A stretch of DNA of 64,000 bases from an uncultured Candidatus Saccharibacteria bacterium. Its GTDB lineage: Bacteria; Patescibacteriota; Minisyncoccia; Phycocordibacterales; Phycocordibacteraceae. Positions within the stretch are counted from its first letter, which is position 1, and the number at the start of each line of letters is the position of its first letter. Positions 28,826 through 37,419 of the stretch are shown piece by piece. The DNA lies in the NCBI GenBank assembly GCA_964398815.1, contig CAYNNZ010000004.1, positions 8,074-72,073 of the forward strand, in the 5' to 3' direction. The notes under the pieces are model-generated. The model made no database searches. It was given only the letters and a program-made list of their open reading frames with translations, and was not told the DNA's origin. Position numbers and translations under genes: made by a program.

Positions 28826-28904
28826 TACCTCTAGTATACCGTTTCGCTTTCTTATTTTGCAGGAATTGTGTACTCTCTGGGCTGGACTGCAACCAAGGGG
28901 AAGT

Positions 28905-29165
28905 ATGTACATGCCATTTCCAGGCAATCGTCAGAGCATCGGCGCGCGCGTCAAAATCGTCGAACAGCGCGCGGCAGAAAAGAAGGAGAACAGCGAAATC
29001 GCCATCCGCATGTTTGCACTCGGCTGCCGCCACTCGAATCCGAGGACCGGCACCCGCTGCTGCGAGGCGACCGAGCCGGGTGAATCCCGGTGCGTGAGGC
29101 ACAAGGGCAGCAGCCCAGCCGTCATCCATGGCCTCGGCAGCACCCTCGCTCTGCTCCACGGCTAA
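28905..29165 (+). CDS. small Cys/His-rich hypothetical protein (86 aa)
   Basis: This is the 3' third of track ORF 28551..29165. ATG preceded by AAGGGGAAG. LGCRHSNPRTGTRCCEATEPGESRCVRHKG is a possible metal-binding knuckle. A hairpin follows at 29195-29215. Confidence 0.4.
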   Translation: MYMPFPGNRQSIGARVKIVEQRAAEKKENSEIAIRMFALGCRHSNPRTGTRCCEATEPGESRCVRHKGSSPAVIHGLGSTLALLHG

Positions 29166-29194
29166 CAGCCGCCGGCTTCTGACAACGACGAAAC

Positions 29195-29215
29195 GGGCCC
29201 CGCAATGCGGGGCCC
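29195..29215 (+). terminator. GC-rich hairpin after the Cys-rich ORF
   Basis: GGGCCCCGC-AAT-GCGGGGCCC then GAATCTGTTTG. The stem is identical to the one at 20292-20313. Confidence 0.4.
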
Positions 29216-29277
29216 GAATCTGTTTGACACATTGGCTAAATATGTCATGCTCACGTCAGCAATTTTCTTGGAAGGAA

Positions 29278-29523
29278 ATGTTCATGGCCGCACACATTGT
29301 TCATCTGCTCGCCCAAAAGGGCCCTGTCATCCGCCTGGTCGCCATCGATTCCGCCATCGCTCCGGCGGTGGGCCAGGAGTTCGACGCCGTCTACGAAAGT
29401 GTGGAGGGTATGTGGACCGTTCTCAAGCGGTACAACGAGCACGAGCAGAAGACTCTTAACGCCCTGGAGGAACTGCTTCCGGACTACACGTTCTATGGCC
29501 TGTTCAAGGTCACTGGAAGGTAG
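29278..29523 (+). CDS. hypothetical protein (81 aa)
   Basis: ATG preceded by GGAAGGA. MFMAAHIVHLLAQKGPV... A hairpin plus T-run lies downstream, shared with the alaS end. Confidence 0.4.
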   Translation: MFMAAHIVHLLAQKGPVIRLVAIDSAIAPAVGQEFDAVYESVEGMWTVLKRYNEHEQKTLNALEELLPDYTFYGLFKVTGR

Positions 29524-29577
29524 CCGCACAAAACGGGGCGGACGGGTAAAGGGTCGGATACCATCCGGCCCTTTTGC

Positions 29578-31497
29578 TTATTCAAGCACTGCTTTGATGC
29601 GCCGGATGCCGGCTGCGACCGCTTCCTCTTTCTGGATTTTGAATCGCTTCCCTCCCTCGTGAATCTGGGAGGTATTGGTCACATGAGGACCACCACAGAA
29701 TTCGAGCGAGAATGCATTTGGAATATCAGGAGCATCTTCGGTCGCATGAGCAGGACCGACTGAGTAGACCGACACCATATCCGGATACTTCACGCCGAAT
29801 TCCATCTGCGCACCCAACTTCTCCGCCTCCTCGCGCGGCATGACCGTCCGTGTTACCGGCAAATCCTGATACACGACTTCGTTTACGATATTTTCCACTT
29901 CTTCTTTCTGCTCAGGAGTCATTTTGCCCGGAGCATTGAAATCGATGCGCAGGCGTTCGCTCGTAATATTCGAGCCGCGCTGCTTCACTTCAGTGCCGAG
30001 AACTTTCTGCAACGCTGCAAGCAGAATATGGTGCGTCGTGTGGTAGCGGACGGTCTGCTCGCTGTGGTCCGCGAGACCTCCTGCGAATTTCTGTGCCGCA
30101 CCTGCACGGCTCTCGTCCTGATGCTTCTTCATAGCATCGAGGAAGTCCTGCTCGTCTATTGAAATACCCAACTCTCCTGCACGCTCAGCCGTGAGCTCAA
30201 ACGGGAAGCCGTAGGTGGTAAAGAGAATGAATGCTTCCTCCCCTGACATGCGGCCAGCCTTCTGGAACTTATCGAATTCGCGAAGTCCCTTCTCGAGTGT
30301 CTTTCTGAATTGCTCCTCCTCCTTTGCGAGTTCATCGCGAATCTTATCTGCGTGCTCAAGTACATGCGGATACTGGTCTTTGTACATCTCGCCGTACCCG
30401 CGTGCGATGTCCGGAAGCACCGCATCCTTGATACCGAGGCGGTCTGCTTCGCGAATGGCACGGCGAATGAGGCGACGCAGGACATACCCTGCCTCCGTAT
30501 TCGAAGGAATGATGTCTTCCGCGAGCATGAATGACGCTGCGCGCATATGGTCGAGGATGATGCGCATTGCCTTGGTAGTTGCCTCATCTTCGCCATACTT
30601 CTTGCCGGTACGTGCTTCGAGTACGCCGCGTGCAGCGTCAAAGACGTCTATATAGAACGCATCCGGACTACCGATGGTCGCCATCGTGAGACGCTCGAGT
30701 CCGCCACCGAAGTCCACGTTCTGTTTCGGCAGATTGGAGAAGGTGCCATCCTCGTTTTTCACGAACTGCATGAAGACGGAGTTACCAATCTCGACAAAGC
30801 GTCCGCAATCGCAGTTCGGGTGGCAGTTCGCTCCCCACTTCGTGTCGTGCGGCAGTCCGAAGTCATAGAACACCTCGCTGTCCGGTCCGCCTGGCTCACC
30901 TGTCGGCATCTGCGCCGGCGTGCCCGAGCGACTCCACCAGTTCTTCTTCGACTCGTAAGCAAAGATGCGATCGTTTCCGTTCATTCCTTTCTCGTAGCCC
31001 TGTGCTTCGCTACCGATATTCGCAAACTCTGCATCGATTCCTTTTGATTTAAAGAGTTCCTTCCAGATTTCGACTGCCTCCATGTCTGCCTCCATGCCAG
31101 CGCCCTCGTCACCTGCGAATACGGTCACGTAGAGTTTCGACGGATCGAGGCCGAGACCTTCTGACTCGCTCGTAAGAAATTCGAAGAACCACGGAAGCTG
31201 TTCCTTCTTGAAGTAGTCACCGAGCGACCAGTTGCCAAGCATCTCGAAGAATGTCGTGTGGCGGTTATCACCCACTTCCTCGATGTCGCCCGCACGGAAG
31301 GAGAGCTGTGAGTCTGTAACGCGATTACCCTCTGGGTGATCCTTGCCGAGGAGGTACGGAATCAGCGGCTGCATGCCTGAGGAGGTAAAGAGAGTGGTCG
31401 GGTCATTACCCGGCACGATAGGCGCGGACGGGATAATCACGTGGCCGCGGGCCTTGAAGAATTCGAGATATCGCTTGCGTACGTCGCTGACAGTCAT
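29578..31497 (-). CDS. alaS: alanyl-tRNA synthetase, short form lacking the C-Ala domain
   Basis: 639 aa. FTSSGMQPLIPYLLG, editing-domain HTTHHILLAALQ and CGGPHV. Ends about 35 aa after CGGPHV. Confidence 0.95.
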   Translation of the reverse strand: MTVSDVRKRYLEFFKARGHVIIPSAPIVPGNDPTTLFTSSGMQPLIPYLLGKDHPEGNRVTDSQLSFRAGDIEEVGDNRHTTFFEMLGNWSLGDYFKKEQLPWFFEFLTSESEGLGLDPSKLYVTVFAGDEGAGMEADMEAVEIWKELFKSKGIDAEFANIGSEAQGYEKGMNGNDRIFAYESKKNWWSRSGTPAQMPTGEPGGPDSEVFYDFGLPHDTKWGANCHPNCDCGRFVEIGNSVFMQFVKNEDGTFSNLPKQNVDFGGGLERLTMATIGSPDAFYIDVFDAARGVLEARTGKKYGEDEATTKAMRIILDHMRAASFMLAEDIIPSNTEAGYVLRRLIRRAIREADRLGIKDAVLPDIARGYGEMYKDQYPHVLEHADKIRDELAKEEEQFRKTLEKGLREFDKFQKAGRMSGEEAFILFTTYGFPFELTAERAGELGISIDEQDFLDAMKKHQDESRAGAAQKFAGGLADHSEQTVRYHTTHHILLAALQKVLGTEVKQRGSNITSERLRIDFNAPGKMTPEQKEEVENIVNEVVYQDLPVTRTVMPREEAEKLGAQMEFGVKYPDMVSVYSVGPAHATEDAPDIPNAFSLEFCGGPHVTNTSQIHEGGKRFKIQKEEAVAAGIRRIKAVLE

Positions 31498-31520
31498 GAT
31501 TTAGAGACGATATCACGTCT

Positions 31521-31562
31521 TTATATAAATAATGAAGCCTCCGATCAATTTCGGAGGCTTCC
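31521..31562 (-). terminator. intrinsic terminator upstream of alaS start
   Basis: GAAGCCTCCGA / TCGGAGGCTTC stem followed on the minus strand by ATTATTTATATAAA. Confidence 0.6.
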
Positions 31563-31585
31563 GTGCCCATGCCCTGCATCGGGCT

Positions 31586-31735
31586 CTAGTCGTCCTTCAT
31601 AACATGAAGGGTCAGCAGGATGCAGATGGTGGCCAAGCCCACACTCAGACTTGCCCAGGCGTTGTGAGAAAGCTGGAAGGTGGCGACACCCACCACAAGC
31701 CCACTCAGAAAACTCATCCCTAAAACTGGCCACAT
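31586..31735 (-). CDS. possible 49-aa two-TM membrane peptide
   Basis: Hand translation: MWPVLGMSFLSGLVVGVATFQLSHNAWASLSVGLATICILLTLHVMKDD. Below the ORF-track cutoff. Start uncertain. Confidence 0.25.
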   Translation of the reverse strand: MWPVLGMSFLSGLVVGVATFQLSHNAWASLSVGLATICILLTLHVMKDD

Positions 31736-31820
31736 GTTCCTAATCAATCGGTAGTGCACGATGCACTCATCAATCCGATTGTCCTTTCATTTATACTTAT
31801 ACACCATTTAAATGCAAAAG

Positions 31821-33089
31821 TCAAGTATTAGGAAACGTTCCCGCCGCTGCTAGAGACAGCTTCTGAAGTGGGATGAGGTCTGCTGCATCCTGCAAATCCT
31901 TTACCGTAATCGCATTCAAAAGGGTGATGTAGTCATCTATATAGGAGAGGTCGCGATGGCGACGACCAATCTGATGGAGTGCTGCCGCGAGCCCGCGCGT
32001 GGTCGAAAGCCCGACCACGTAAAGCCCAGACATTTCTTCTTTCCGCTCTTCTAGTTTCTTCTTGGTGATGCCGCCCTTAAAGAATATATCTATCTCGCGG
32101 CGGAGCGCAGCAACGCTTTCGTCGTAGCGTGCCGGCGAGAACGTCGCCCAGACTTTGAAGGCGCCATCACCGCCGCCCGTAAACCCGGACGGGCGGGCGT
32201 ATACGCCGTAGGTGAGTCCATCACGCTCACGAATGGTGGACATGAGGTGACTGGTGAATCCCCTACCGCCGAGCATCTCGGTCGTAACTATGAACGGCAG
32301 GAAGAGTGGGTCGTTATAGGTGAGCGGTACGGCAGCTCCGAGGAACACGTCCACATTTGCCTTATCGGCAATTGAAACATGCTGGGTTAATACTTCCGGC
32401 TGCTTTGTATTCATCTCCTTTGCCGGGGCTTCCGGTGTTCCGGCAGGAAGCCGTGCGAAAGCCGTCTCAACCGCCTGAGCGACCTTTGCGGTGTCGATAT
32501 CGCCTACTACCGCGATAACGAGTCCGCCACGGCCAATCATCTTCTTGAATGACATCAGGTCAGCTCGCTCAACCTTCGCGAGGTCACGAATGCGCTCCTC
32601 GGTAGTCTCGTCATAGTTCACATGCGACGGGTCATACACGAGACGCGAGAAGGCGATGCCTGCCTGCACGCGTGTATCCGACTTCTCCTCGACGAGTTCA
32701 CCGCGGATACGCTCCATGGCAGACTTCACCTCGCTCGCTGGAAATGCTGCTTCGCCGAGACACTCAACGAGCACTGAAAGGAGGTGGGAAACATCTTCCG
32801 GAAGGCATGAACCGCGGAAATAGGTACGCTCATCGCCTGACGAGAATGAGAGCGTAGCGCCACGAGACGCGAGCGCTTCGCGTATTGCATCCTTCCCCTT
32901 CTTCTTCGTGCCAGCATCAAACAATTCTGCTGCGAGCACCGACACTTCACCCTTCCTGCGCGGGAGCATGTTCCAGCCACCGAGCACGCTACCCTCCAAA
33001 TAGACCAAATCCTTCACTCCGGTACGCGCGAGGAATAGACGCCCTCCGGCGACACTCTTCTCTATGATGCTTTCGGACATGCGTTCCAT
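31821..33089 (-). CDS. M16 (pitrilysin) family peptidase-like protein, non-catalytic type
   Basis: 422 aa from MERMSES (ATG 33089, one nt after the upstream stop). M16 fold blocks are present but there is no HxxEH motif. Confidence 0.85.
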   Translation of the reverse strand: MERMSESIIEKSVAGGRLFLARTGVKDLVYLEGSVLGGWNMLPRRKGEVSVLAAELFDAGTKKKGKDAIREALASRGATLSFSSGDERTYFRGSCLPEDVSHLLSVLVECLGEAAFPASEVKSAMERIRGELVEEKSDTRVQAGIAFSRLVYDPSHVNYDETTEERIRDLAKVERADLMSFKKMIGRGGLVIAVVGDIDTAKVAQAVETAFARLPAGTPEAPAKEMNTKQPEVLTQHVSIADKANVDVFLGAAVPLTYNDPLFLPFIVTTEMLGGRGFTSHLMSTIRERDGLTYGVYARPSGFTGGGDGAFKVWATFSPARYDESVAALRREIDIFFKGGITKKKLEERKEEMSGLYVVGLSTTRGLAAALHQIGRRHRDLSYIDDYITLLNAITVKDLQDAADLIPLQKLSLAAAGTFPNT

Positions 33090-33090
33090 G

Positions 33091-34419
33091 CTATTTTGCA
33101 GAATTATGGAAATACCCGATCGTCGCCTGGTCGTCCTTGAAGTACTTCTGCGCGACTGCACGGATGTCGGAAGCGGTGACCTTCATAATCGCTTCGCCAG
33201 CCTTAAAGAAGTACGTCCAATCGCCGGTAGCGATACTCTCATTAATCACTGAGAGGAACTGATACGGGCCATCGCGTCGTTGCGCGAGCGCAGTACGCAG
33301 AAGACGACGCGCACGAGACAGCTCGGCCGTCGTGACGTTCGTCTTCATAAGCTTCGCGTACTCTGCCCGGATTATTTTCTCCACCTCCTCATGCTTCACA
33401 CTCGGCGTGAGCGATGCGTAGGTCATGAAGAGACCAGGGTCATGGAGTTCGTAGCAATAGACCGACACATCAGTCGCAAGCGCCTTATCGACGAGTGCAC
33501 GATAGAGTCGGCTCGTCTTTCCATTATCAAGAATGGCCGACAGCATAAGCAGTGCTGGCATATCCGCATGGAGCGCATTCGGAATCTTGTGCGCAATACC
33601 GACCATATCGTTACCCGCACGACGGACTTTGACACGGCGCTCACCTTCCTGTGGCGGTTCCTCCGTATACATCTGCGGATACCCCGCAGGATTTTTTGAA
33701 TGCGTACTGAATTCCTTTGCAATGAGCGTCAACGCCTCTCCCTCATTGAAATCACCCACGACCGTCACCGTCGCGTTATCCGGCCAGTAGAACTCGTTAT
33801 AGAACTGATTGAGTCGCTCGATGGAGACACCTTCAATGTCGCTCTTCCAACCAATAGTGGAGTGATGGTACGGATGCGCCTGGTATGCGAGCGCCCATAT
33901 CTGCTTATCGAGCGCCTCGATAGGCAAATTCTCTCCACGCTCAAACTCATTGCGTACGATAGGCATCTCATCTGACCGGTCCTTCTCCGTCATGATGGCG
34001 GTGCGCATGCGGTCTGCCTCCCACGCCACTGCCTGCGGCAACAAATGCGAAGGCATCACCTCGAAATAATTCGTGCGATCAAACCACGTCGTCGCGTTGA
34101 TGTAGGCACCCTTGGCTTCAAGAAAATCCTTCGGATTCTTGAAATTCTTCGACTTCTTGAACATCAGGTGCTCAAGCAAGTGTGTTGCACCTGTGTACCC
34201 AATTGCTTCATTACGCGAACCGACATGGTAGGTAACCATGAAGCCGACGACCGGTACTGAACGGTCCGATGCGAGGAGAATTCGCAGGCCGTTTTTATCA
34301 AGGCAATACTCGCGCACCCCACCGACTTCTCGTACGAACGATGCGCCGCTCTGCGGGGCTTTTTTGTTCGGCGATTTCTTCACCGTCTTCTTCACTGCCG
34401 TACGAGCCATATCCTTCAA
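33091..34419 (-). CDS. M16 family zinc peptidase (catalytic type)
   Basis: 442 aa. GATHLLEHLMFK (HxxEH zinc motif), NATTWFDRTNY. Confidence 0.9.
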   Translation of the reverse strand: MKDMARTAVKKTVKKSPNKKAPQSGASFVREVGGVREYCLDKNGLRILLASDRSVPVVGFMVTYHVGSRNEAIGYTGATHLLEHLMFKKSKNFKNPKDFLEAKGAYINATTWFDRTNYFEVMPSHLLPQAVAWEADRMRTAIMTEKDRSDEMPIVRNEFERGENLPIEALDKQIWALAYQAHPYHHSTIGWKSDIEGVSIERLNQFYNEFYWPDNATVTVVGDFNEGEALTLIAKEFSTHSKNPAGYPQMYTEEPPQEGERRVKVRRAGNDMVGIAHKIPNALHADMPALLMLSAILDNGKTSRLYRALVDKALATDVSVYCYELHDPGLFMTYASLTPSVKHEEVEKIIRAEYAKLMKTNVTTAELSRARRLLRTALAQRRDGPYQFLSVINESIATGDWTYFFKAGEAIMKVTASDIRAVAQKYFKDDQATIGYFHNSAK

Positions 34420-34477
34420 AGATACCAGCCGCCCTCCCGCATATCAAAGCGCCGCCTTTGCGCGACTCCGACTCCCC

Positions 34478-34499
34478 AAAAAGGTGCCAGCCACCTTTT
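34478..34499. terminator. hairpin terminator
   Basis: AAAAAGGTG-CCAGC-CACCTTTT. Confidence 0.55.
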
Positions 34500-34501
34500 A
34501 T

Positions 34502-34993
34502 TTAGTTTCGTTCGATATACTCTCGCGCCATCTGCGCATATAGGTCTGCCTGCTCCTCGGCAGCACTAATGGTCGCCTGCCACTGTTGGCGATATGGTTC
34601 CGGATTGAGCGGCTTCGCTGCGTTTGGATCATCGAGCGAGTCCATGTTCCTTTTTGCCTCTGCGTACTGCGAATTGCGCGCGAGTGTCCGCTCGCGTACC
34701 GCTTGAAGCGCGACTTCCTGTATGAGCTCTGGATTGCCGGCGAGGAATCCATGCTGTCCCAGTTCCTGCTTTAGTTCCGTCGCCATACGTTCAAGACCGT
34801 TGCGATCATTCGGCAGCCCAGCAATGCCACGATCGACAGCCGCGTCGATTGCTCCTTTGCGTGTAATTCGTTCAAGAATCGTTTCTGGGTCGGTTAGACC
34901 CTTCTCTGCATCCTCGATTTCCTCAGGAGCGAGAGTTCGTTCCTGACCCTCTTCTACAACGTGCACCTTGCGAAACGGCTGTTCTATTCCCAT
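34502..34993 (-). CDS. hypothetical protein (163 aa)
   Basis: Start taken at MGIEQPF (ATG 34993) to avoid a long overlap with ung. Helical and charged. No motif. Confidence 0.55.
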   Translation of the reverse strand: MGIEQPFRKVHVVEEGQERTLAPEEIEDAEKGLTDPETILERITRKGAIDAAVDRGIAGLPNDRNGLERMATELKQELGQHGFLAGNPELIQEVALQAVRERTLARNSQYAEAKRNMDSLDDPNAAKPLNPEPYRQQWQATISAAEEQADLYAQMAREYIERN

Positions 34994-35013
34994 GGAGAGA
35001 GTATAGCAATCGA

Positions 35014-35679
35014 TTACTGCCAATCTATCGGGGTTTGGCCGCTCTCTGTTAGATAGGCGTTTGCCTTGCTGAAGGGTTTGCTCCCGAAAAAGCCGTTATA
35101 CGCGGAAAATGGGGACGGGTGCGGAGATTCAATGACGAGGTGTTTGCTGGTATCGATGAGTGATTTCTTTCCACGTGCGTAGTTCCCCCAGAGGATAAAC
35201 ACGAGATGCTCGCGCTCATCTGAGAGTTTCTTGATTACCGCATCGGTAAATCGCTCCCATCCCTGTCCCTGATGCGAGCCTGCGGCGCCTGCGCGCACCG
35301 TAAGCGTCGCGTTTAGTAGAAGCACTCCCTGCTTGGCCCAGCGCGACAAATCCCCTGATTCGTTCGCTGGCTTTCCGGTGTCTGTCGCAATCTCTTTAAA
35401 TATATTCTGGAGCGATGGCGGATTTCGCACACCTTCTGTAACGGAAAACGAAAGACCATGCGCCTGCTTAGGTCCGTGATAGGGGTCCTGGCCCAGTATG
35501 ACGACTTTCACGGCATCGAACGGCGTTAAGTCGAATGCAGCAAAGAGATTTTTCGGGTGCGGATAGACAGTCGCTGTTTCATATTCCTTCTTAACGAATG
35601 CGGCGAGTTCCTTGAAATACGACTCCTCAAATTCGTTTGCAAGATGTTCCCGCCACGAGGTTTCTATTTTCACTTCCAT
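35014..35679 (-). CDS. ung: uracil-DNA glycosylase, family 1
   Basis: 221 aa. [41 protein letters not shown]. Confidence 0.95.
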   Translation of the reverse strand: MEVKIETSWREHLANEFEESYFKELAAFVKKEYETATVYPHPKNLFAAFDLTPFDAVKVVILGQDPYHGPKQAHGLSFSVTEGVRNPPSLQNIFKEIATDTGKPANESGDLSRWAKQGVLLLNATLTVRAGAAGSHQGQGWERFTDAVIKKLSDEREHLVFILWGNYARGKKSLIDTSKHLVIESPHPSPFSAYNGFFGSKPFSKANAYLTESGQTPIDWQ

Positions 35680-35713
35680 ACAGGAACTATACCAACCACC
35701 AATTAGAGAGACA

Positions 35714-35753
35714 GGAGTGTTAACCTTGCGATATATCGCAAGGTTAACACTCC
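35714..35753. repeat. 40-nt perfect palindrome
   Basis: GGAGTGTTAACCTTGCGATATATCGCAAGGTTAACACTCC equals its own reverse complement. Shares GTTAA-N3-TGCGATATATCGCA-N3-TTAAC with 50327-50362. Confidence 0.95.
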
Positions 35754-35787
35754 GGTTGCGTGAGGTATCTCAATGTCTCAATGAGAG

Positions 35788-36579
35788 TTACTTCTTTACG
35801 ACCTTCATGCCGGCACCATGAAGCAATTTTTTTGCGGCTGTTTCGCGGTAGGGACAGAACTCACATTTCGGACCAGAGGGGGGAATGTCCGAAGAGTCGA
35901 GCGTCTCTTTAATTTTTGGCAGTACGTCATCTATCCAGTCAGCTTTCCCGGTGCTCGGCACCACCGTGACTTCGAACTCCAGCTGCCCGTCGAATGCTTT
36001 CTTATCGGTCGTTGCATTCGCATAGACGAAATATCCGGTATCAGAGACCTTGAATCCGTTATTCCGTAGGAGCCACTGATACACGCCCATCTGGCGCTGA
36101 TACTGCTCATTCCACGATGAGTCCTCGAGCGTGGTGATGGTTCCTGCCTTTGAGGTCGACTTGTAGTCCACGACCATGAGTTCCCCTGCCGGGTTCACCC
36201 AGATGTCGTCCACAGCACCCGAGATAGTGAATCCAGTCGGCTCATGGAAATATTCAACGCCCTCGAAATTTTCCCGCCACGTGTCGATATCCTTATGCTG
36301 ATACGGAACCGCATCGATGCCGTACTGAGTCATGAGTGGATGCGGCGTGCCTGCAGCTCGATGCACATCGAACTCCTTCTTAAAGAGGGCATCTACAGCG
36401 ATGTTGAGAGTGAATGCAGGTCCGCGCGGGCGCCCGGTACCGAGTTTGTTGTCCAAGTAGAAGCAACGCGGACATTCGTTGAATAGCTCGATCTTTGAGC
36501 GCGAGAGGCGCCACTTTGCTCCGCCGTAATTCCAGTCGCTGCTTCTATTTGGGTTGTACTTCTTTACGAAATCGCTCAT
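35788..36579 (-). CDS. PD-(D/E)XK nuclease family protein (Cas4/RecB-like) with 2+2 cysteines
   Basis: 263 aa. N-terminal ECPRCFY, core GAVDDIW...ELMVVDYKST, QMGVYQWLL, C-terminal PKCEFCPY. Confidence 0.75.
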   Translation of the reverse strand: MSDFVKKYNPNRSSDWNYGGAKWRLSRSKIELFNECPRCFYLDNKLGTGRPRGPAFTLNIAVDALFKKEFDVHRAAGTPHPLMTQYGIDAVPYQHKDIDTWRENFEGVEYFHEPTGFTISGAVDDIWVNPAGELMVVDYKSTSKAGTITTLEDSSWNEQYQRQMGVYQWLLRNNGFKVSDTGYFVYANATTDKKAFDGQLEFEVTVVPSTGKADWIDDVLPKIKETLDSSDIPPSGPKCEFCPYRETAAKKLLHGAGMKVVKK

Positions 36580-36582
36580 GCC

Positions 36583-37419
36583 TTAGGCGTAACTATTACA
36601 CAAGGAATTCGCCTCGGCCAATATGCCCCCGATGCGCTCCGGAGATATGGAAATAGCGCGCAACAGGTCGCGATTCTGGCGAACCTGCTCGCAGGTAACT
36701 ACGCCCTGATCTATGAGTAGTCGCTTTTCCGCCTTCTTCAACATAGTGAGCGCAGTAATGGGATAGAGACCGGTCGCTACAATACGGTCATACAGACTTC
36801 CCTCTGACGGATAACTCCAGCCGAGGAGTTGGATACCGGAGCACTTGGCGAATTGGACCGCATCACGCGTGAATTTCGTATTGGTGATGAGGAATCCATG
36901 GTCCACCTTACAGGTCTTGTCCTCTTTCGGGTCGCACTGCCAGATATCGTCGAATCGCGCCTTCACATAGAGTGCGACTTTTACGTCGGTCTTGTAGCCG
37001 GGGTCGTTGTGGTATTTCAGTTCTGCTGCGAGATATTCTCCCTCGCGGTGCGCGTACACGTCCACTTCATGGGTAACGCACTTTCCGGGAATCATGCGCC
37101 GATACTCGACTTCCCATCCCTCTGCTTTGAATAATTCAGAAATGTAATTCTCGAATGGGTGGCCGGAAGGACCGAATTCAAAAAGCGCACGGCGTAGGCT
37201 GTAGCGCGCCGCTGCAGGACGTGCATCATGGCGCAGCATCTGGAATGCGCGCTTGTATATTTCTTGCGTCATCGCGCCGGCTGCAATGGAGCCCTCGATG
37301 GTATGTCGGATGCGCTCTGCAGTGTGCGTTGTCGCGCCCGCGCGGCGTAGCGACCATTCGAGCTTCATCCCGTCGAATGGCTCGACGCTTCCATCGGTCT
37401 TAACAATCTCAACGGACAT
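36583..37419 (-). CDS. ATP-cone domain fused to restriction-endonuclease-like (Mrr-type PD-(D/E)XK) domain
   Basis: 278 aa. N-terminus VKTDGSVEPFDGMKLEWSLRRAG...TQEIYKRAFQML (ATP-cone). Core FENYISELFKAEGWEV...HEVDVYA...YLAAELKY (D...ExK). HGFLITNTKFTRDAVQFA. The start overlaps the mnmA stop (TAATG). Confidence 0.75.
   Translation of the reverse strand: MSVEIVKTDGSVEPFDGMKLEWSLRRAGATTHTAERIRHTIEGSIAAGAMTQEIYKRAFQMLRHDARPAAARYSLRRALFEFGPSGHPFENYISELFKAEGWEVEYRRMIPGKCVTHEVDVYAHREGEYLAAELKYHNDPGYKTDVKVALYVKARFDDIWQCDPKEDKTCKVDHGFLITNTKFTRDAVQFAKCSGIQLLGWSYPSEGSLYDRIVATGLYPITALTMLKKAEKRLLIDQGVVTCEQVRQNRDLLRAISISPERIGGILAEANSLCNSYA

Noticed and set aside
28551-28904. The 5' two-thirds of the 204-aa plus-strand ORF 28551..29165
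   Set aside because: This part is antisense to the PilM/FtsA-like gene (27689-28825) and has no start context. Only the 3' part, from ATG 28905 with an SD, lies in the intergenic island and was kept, at low confidence.
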